Positions 58,964 to 64,000 of a stretch of DNA of 64,000 nucleotides are shown piece by piece; within the stretch, counting starts at the first letter, position 1, and every line of letters starts with the position of its first letter. The position numbers were made by a program, and so were the translations under genes. Location: the NCBI GenBank assembly GCA_040220235.1, contig JAVJTO010000082.1. One strand, written 5' to 3'. The stretch is from Coleofasciculus sp. B1-GNL1-01. GTDB taxonomy: Bacteria; Cyanobacteriota; Cyanobacteriia; Cyanobacteriales; Coleofasciculaceae. A model generated the notes under the pieces. That model made no database searches, had not been told where the DNA came from, and was given only the letters and a program-made list of their open reading frames with translations.

Positions 58964-61900
58964 ATGAACACGCTAGTATTGAGTAACACAACAGTCAACC
59001 TTGAGCAACTCTATCCAGATCGCCATATTGATTCGGCAGCTAAGGCAACATTTGACGATTTAACTCGTTTAGCGGCTAGCGTTGTCCAAACTCCGATCGC
59101 CCTGATTAGTCTCTGTGATGCTAAAGGTCAGTGGTTGCCTTCACAGGTGGGTTTAGACACCGATTCCACACCGCAATACTTAGAATTTTGTCGCCAAATC
59201 CGCCAGGATATAATAACAGAAAATAAGCCATTATTAGTAGTCGAAGATACTCTAGCCCTATCTGAGTCTCAGATAACGTCACTCCCAATCCGATTTTATG
59301 CCGCCGTTCCCTTAGTTACCCCTCAACAGGAAACGGTCGGTATTTTATTAGTCATTGACCGAGTGCCGAGACAGTTAACCGGACAACAAAAAGACGCCCT
59401 AACTGCATTAAGCCGACAGGCGATCGCGCAGTTAGAATGGCAAAAGAAAGTGATCGATTTGGAAAGCCAGGTGCATCAGTGCCAACGCCTGGAGAAAGCC
59501 TTGCAAACGTCTCCTCAAAACCTGGTTGATATGAAGGTGGCGCTGGATCAGGCGTCAATTGTAGCGATTACCGATTGTCACGGTAAAATTCGTTACGTTA
59601 ACGATAAATTTTGCCAGATCTCGCACTATTCAAGAGAGGAACTTTACGGCGCTGACCATCATTTACTTAATTCTGGCTATCATCCCCCGCAGTTTTTTCA
59701 GGACTTGTGGAACACGATTTCTCAGGGAAAAATCTGGCGAGGTGATATCCAAGATCGTGCCAAAGGCGGTAATCTCTATTGGGTAGATACGACGATTGTG
59801 CCGTTGGTTGATGACCAAGGTAATCCGTATGAATATATCTCAATTTGTAAGGATATAACCGAACAAAAACAAGCCAAAATTGAACTGGATCGCTTTTTTC
59901 GCCTCTCACCTGATTTAATGGCGGTTATTGGTTTCGATGGTAAGTTTAAACGCATTAATCCCGCCTTTCAAAAAACCCTTGCCTATAACCCGGAAGAATT
60001 CCTCTCCGAAGCCTTCCTCGATTTCGTCCATCCCTATGATCACAAGGCAACATTAACAGCTTGGCAAACTCTTTTAGAAAGTTCATCAGATATTTACTTT
60101 GAACATCGTTATCGATGTCGAGATGGATCATATAAATGGCTGGCTTGGAACTGTTTACCTTTAGCCGAAGCGGGTGTTGTCCATGCGATCGCCCGTGATA
60201 TTACCAACACCAAGCAACGCAAAGCCAGTCTGCTAGAACGATCGCGTTTGTCTACCTTAGAAGCCGATATTGGCGCTGTTCTCGTCGGACAAAATGGCAG
60301 TCTAGGTGAAAGTCTTAAACGCTGTACCGAAGCTATGATCCGCCACCTAAACGCCTTGGGTGCTGGAATTTGGACAGTGGCGGGTATCACCGATGAGACG
60401 CAAATGCCCTTAGTCTTAGAAATGCAGGCGAATAGTGGTGAACAGTTACCCACACACCTCTTCCCTCAACGCATCCTCACCAATCAAGGCTTAATCGCCA
60501 AAGTCGCCCAAACCCTGAAGCCAATTCATCGTCCTATCTTAACGGCGGGACATGACTTGTCCAACAAAACGTTTATCGGAATTTATCCTCTAATTGTCGA
60601 ATCTCGTCTGGTTGGGTTTATTGCCTTACACAATCGCCAACCCTTCTCTAAAATTGTGCAAGGGGTATTGGGATGGGTTGCTAATGCGATCGCGGTAGCC
60701 ATTGACCGGATTTGGGTACGCGAAGAACTCCTCAGTCGCCGGGAAGCCTTACTGTTTCAGTTAGCTAGCCAAATTCGCAATTCCCTAGAACTCGATACGA
60801 TTCTAGACACAGCCGTCACGGAAATTCGGGGATTGCTGGAGGTTGACGGCTGTCACTTTTTGTGGTTAAAGTCCAACGCCGATCAACCCAGTTTAAGCGT
60901 TACCCATGAAGCACGAGATCCGAATTTACCCAGTTTATTAGGAGACTGTCTTCCCCCACAACTTACCCCCTTAGCAGACATTATTAACCGATTACATCCC
61001 CTGCGAATTGATGATGTCAGCCAAACCCAAAATTTAGCCCCCGAAACCAGAACCCTACTCGCTGATTGGGGAATTACCTCCGGATTAGTGTTACCGCTAC
61101 AAACGAAAACCGGACAACTGGGGGCGATTATCTGTAGTTATTATCAGGGTTCGCGCCAATGGAGCGATCGCGAAGTCAAATTGCTGCAAGCTGTCGTGGA
61201 TCAACTGGCGATCGCGATCGAACATGCAGAATTATTTGCCGAAACCCGGGCGGCGGCGCAAGCGGCTCAAACCCAGGCAAATCAATTAGAAAAAGCCTTA
61301 CACGAATTGCGGCAAACCCAATCCCTGTTAATTCAGACCGAGAAAATGTCTACGATCGGTCAAATGGTAGCCGGAATCGCCCATGAAATCAATAATCCGG
61401 TTAATTTTATCACCGGGAATCTCAGCCATACAACGAACTATATTGGCGACTTATTACAACTGATCGAATGTTATCAACAATCTTATCCCAATCCCCAGGC
61501 TGATATTCAAGAGTTTATCGAAGACATTGAATTATCCTTCCTGATCGAAGACTTGCCCAAAATGCTCTCCTCCATGAAGATGGGGGCGGATCGGATTCAA
61601 GAGATCGTGATTTCCTTGCGGAATTTCTCGCGACTGGATCAAGCCGAAATGAAGCCAGTTAATATTCATGAAGGCATTGATAGTACCTTACTCATTCTCC
61701 GCAACCGGATGAAACCCTGTGGCAATTCGCCAGGGATTACACTGATCAAAGAGTACGGCGACTTGCCTGTAGTTGCCTGTTATGCGGGTCAACTGAATCA
61801 AGTCTTTATGAATATTATTAGCAATGCCATTGACGCCTTTGATGCTCTAATTAAAGCCGAGGAAAATGCTACAGAAAAGAGCCAAACAACCCTTAACCCA

Positions 61901-62161
61901 ACGATTTGGATTAGCACCGAGGTTGTAGACAAGAATCAAGCCGTGATTCGGATTCGCGATAATGGACCCGGAATGAGCGAAACCGTGCGCGATCGCTTAT
62001 TTGATCCCTTCTTTACCACAAAACCGGTGGGTAAGGGAACAGGGTTAGGGTTGTCAATTAGTCACCAGATTGTGGTGGAAAAACATGGCGGTATTCTTAA
62101 ATGTTATTCTGAACCGGGACAAGGAACAGAGTTCTGGATTCAGATCCCGATCACTGATTGA
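58964..62161 (+). CDS. Multi-sensor (GAF-PAS-PAS-GAF-GAF) histidine kinase
   Basis: GAF (FDDLTRLAA...RFYAAVPL), two PAS/PAC domains, GAFs, H-box AGIAHEINNP, QVFMNII.NA.DA, DNGPG, FDPFFTTKPVGKGTGLGL. Confidence 0.93.
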   Translation: MNTLVLSNTTVNLEQLYPDRHIDSAAKATFDDLTRLAASVVQTPIALISLCDAKGQWLPSQVGLDTDSTPQYLEFCRQIRQDIITENKPLLVVEDTLALSESQITSLPIRFYAAVPLVTPQQETVGILLVIDRVPRQLTGQQKDALTALSRQAIAQLEWQKKVIDLESQVHQCQRLEKALQTSPQNLVDMKVALDQASIVAITDCHGKIRYVNDKFCQISHYSREELYGADHHLLNSGYHPPQFFQDLWNTISQGKIWRGDIQDRAKGGNLYWVDTTIVPLVDDQGNPYEYISICKDITEQKQAKIELDRFFRLSPDLMAVIGFDGKFKRINPAFQKTLAYNPEEFLSEAFLDFVHPYDHKATLTAWQTLLESSSDIYFEHRYRCRDGSYKWLAWNCLPLAEAGVVHAIARDITNTKQRKASLLERSRLSTLEADIGAVLVGQNGSLGESLKRCTEAMIRHLNALGAGIWTVAGITDETQMPLVLEMQANSGEQLPTHLFPQRILTNQGLIAKVAQTLKPIHRPILTAGHDLSNKTFIGIYPLIVESRLVGFIALHNRQPFSKIVQGVLGWVANAIAVAIDRIWVREELLSRREALLFQLASQIRNSLELDTILDTAVTEIRGLLEVDGCHFLWLKSNADQPSLSVTHEARDPNLPSLLGDCLPPQLTPLADIINRLHPLRIDDVSQTQNLAPETRTLLADWGITSGLVLPLQTKTGQLGAIICSYYQGSRQWSDREVKLLQAVVDQLAIAIEHAELFAETRAAAQAAQTQANQLEKALHELRQTQSLLIQTEKMSTIGQMVAGIAHEINNPVNFITGNLSHTTNYIGDLLQLIECYQQSYPNPQADIQEFIEDIELSFLIEDLPKMLSSMKMGADRIQEIVISLRNFSRLDQAEMKPVNIHEGIDSTLLILRNRMKPCGNSPGITLIKEYGDLPVVACYAGQLNQVFMNIISNAIDAFDALIKAEENATEKSQTTLNPTIWISTEVVDKNQAVIRIRDNGPGMSETVRDRLFDPFFTTKPVGKGTGLGLSISHQIVVEKHGGILKCYSEPGQGTEFWIQIPITD

Positions 62162-62291
62162 TGCCACTTGAACCCTATCCTGTCCAAAGTAAAGACGCGC
62201 CATGGCGCGTCTCTACAAAATGATGCATCCTAACCGCTATGGCGGTTGCTATAATACCCAATTATCTAATCGTAAACATAAGCATCAATCC

Positions 62292-63998
62292 TCAACTCTT
62301 CTCCCGAATCCACCACGATCGCACAAGTCGAATTTCACCATAACTATAATCCTCACCCAAGTGATCCCGCAGGCTTCTCAGGGAGTTTGTCCCAACATTC
62401 TGAATCGCTTGTAAGATGGGCTTTTGCCGTTCTGCTGCTACTAATCGGTTTAAATCTATAGGCTGATTCTTCTCAATTAGCTCACTTAAGTGAGTAAGAA
62501 TAGTGCTAGGAACATAACCCCGTTTTTCCGCAATTTCCTCTACACTTAATCCTTGCTGATACAGTTGTAAGGTTACCATTTGGCTATTTGAAGGCAGAGG
62601 AACGGGTAACTTTTGCCCCTGACAAAACTCTCGAACTTCCGACACAAATCGCTCGCCGTACTGCGTCAACTTGTGAGTTGTTACCCCCGATATTTGGGCA
62701 AACTCCTCCAGGGTTTTAGGTTTTATTTGTGCCATTAACTTGAGGCTAGAATCCGCGAAAATCACATAAGGAGGAACCGATTGAGTATCCGCGATTTGTT
62801 TACGTAGCTTTCGCAATCTCTCAAACAGCAATTCAATTTCCGCCGTTCTCGGATTAACATCAGATAGCGCCTTTGCTACAGGGGTTTGAGTAATCGCAAT
62901 ATGCACAGAACGTTGTTTGCGAAGCACTTCCCAACTGCGTTTATTCAGCTTCAGTACCCGATAGCCATCCGTCGTTTCATCCATTAACCCTTGATGTAAG
63001 AGCGATCGCGCCAGCATTTTCCAAGCGTCAACGCTTTTATCCCTGCCGATTCCATAAGTTGAGAGGAGGTGATGTCCATTCTGTTCCACCTTCTTTTTCC
63101 GGGAACCCCGCAGTACGTCAATAATATGAGTCATGCCAAATCGTTCCCGACAACGCGCCACACAGGACAAAAACTTTTGCGCTTCAATTGTCCAATCTTC
63201 AACGGGTTTAGGATGACAACAATTATCACAGTTATCGCAATTTCCCTTAAACCGTTCACCGAAATATCTCAATAAAATTGTGCGGCGACAATCGGTTCCT
63301 TCAGCGTAGTCGCGAATTTGCTGTAACTGTTGACGGGCAACGCGCTGTTCTCTCGGATCAGGTTTTTGATCAATCAGATAATCCAGTCTAGGCACATCAC
63401 CGGGACTATAAAAGAGAGTACAATAGGCTGGTTCTCCATCCCGTCCTGCCCGTCCTGATTCTTGATAATACCCTTCTAGATTTCGGGGTAAGTCGTAGTG
63501 AATCACAAAGCGAACATCGGGCTTATTAATCCCCATACCAAAGGCAATAGTTGCCACAATCACTTGCACATCATCGCGAATAAAACGATTTTGATTCCTG
63601 GATCGGTCAATATCACTCATCCCCGCATGATAAGGCAAGGCTGAAATGCCATCTTTTTGCAGTCGAAATGCCACTTCTTCAACACTGCGACGACTGAGAC
63701 AATAGATAATTCCCGATCCTTTATGGGATTGAACTTTTTTGAAGAGTTGGTTATAGCTTTGGCGCTGTTTGGGTTGAATTTCGTAGTAAAGGTTGGGGCG
63801 ATTAAAACTGGCAATATGGATACTCGGTTGACGGAGTGTGAGTTGTTGGACAATATCCTGCTGTACCCGCTTGGTAGCTGTAGCGGTAAGCGCCAACATG
63901 GGAATATCAGGATACCGTTGACGTAACTGTTTAATCTGCCGATATTCCGGGCGAAAATCATGTCCCCACGCCGAGACACAATGCGCCTCATCAACCGC
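62292..63998 (-). CDS. recQ: DNA helicase RecQ, 5'-partial
   Basis: Frame is open to the window end (AVDEAHCVSAWGHDFRPEYRQ); ALTATA, ATIAFGMGI.KPDVR, QESGRAGRDG, Zn/RQC, HRDC and HTH domains. Confidence 0.97.
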   Translation of the reverse strand, partial: AVDEAHCVSAWGHDFRPEYRQIKQLRQRYPDIPMLALTATATKRVQQDIVQQLTLRQPSIHIASFNRPNLYYEIQPKQRQSYNQLFKKVQSHKGSGIIYCLSRRSVEEVAFRLQKDGISALPYHAGMSDIDRSRNQNRFIRDDVQVIVATIAFGMGINKPDVRFVIHYDLPRNLEGYYQESGRAGRDGEPAYCTLFYSPGDVPRLDYLIDQKPDPREQRVARQQLQQIRDYAEGTDCRRTILLRYFGERFKGNCDNCDNCCHPKPVEDWTIEAQKFLSCVARCRERFGMTHIIDVLRGSRKKKVEQNGHHLLSTYGIGRDKSVDAWKMLARSLLHQGLMDETTDGYRVLKLNKRSWEVLRKQRSVHIAITQTPVAKALSDVNPRTAEIELLFERLRKLRKQIADTQSVPPYVIFADSSLKLMAQIKPKTLEEFAQISGVTTHKLTQYGERFVSEVREFCQGQKLPVPLPSNSQMVTLQLYQQGLSVEEIAEKRGYVPSTILTHLSELIEKNQPIDLNRLVAAERQKPILQAIQNVGTNSLRSLRDHLGEDYSYGEIRLVRSWWIREKS

Positions 63999-64000
63999 AA

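Noticed and set aside
58432..58991. Overlapping 141-aa and 145-aa ORFs upstream of the kinase
   Set aside because: Opposite-strand overlap with no recognisable motifs; more likely a long regulatory leader. No riboswitch could be recognised by eye.
63617..64000. 127-aa minus-strand ORF suggesting a recQ frameshift
   Set aside because: The recQ frame itself is open to the window end with the DEAH motif in frame; this ORF is an alternative-frame shadow.

Overview
Chromosomal segment of a cyanobacterium. HIP1 octamers (GCGATCGC) are frequent, and there are STRR-type 7/9-mer tandem repeats, many small dispersed palindromic repeats, and XisI, Uma2, HCP, CugP and PEP-CTERM genes. A filamentous Oscillatoriales/Coleofasciculus-like host is an inference. 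Most of the window is housekeeping and signalling (mutS2, cobU, pdxH, scpA, cugP, speA, aroH, sppA, aroB, recQ, two histidine kinases, a PAS-Crp regulator, an adenylate cyclase). Two accessory regions stand out. (1) An ~10 kb conflict/defence island (11.1-21.2 kb) holds an IS-derived MITE, a truncated ccbP, toxin-antitoxin-like cassettes with duplicated HIP1-associated junctions, and an apparently intact five-gene MoxR/vWA/inactive-STAND ternary system. In that system a nucleoside-phosphorylase effector and the iSTAND protein carry the same N-terminal adaptor domain, the last gene has an AT-rich sigma-factor-like tail, and the relic of an adaptor-trypsin gene lies just upstream. (2) Three paralogous beta-helix PEP-CTERM proteins with no signal peptide surround a TIGR03032-family gene (46.6-54.8 kb). 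A pair of unannotated paralogous ~70-aa ORFs flanks an internally deleted ATPase-TPR pseudogene at 24-25.7 kb. No rRNA, tRNA, CRISPR array, integrase or intact transposase was recognised. All family assignments come from motif recognition by eye, not from database searches.
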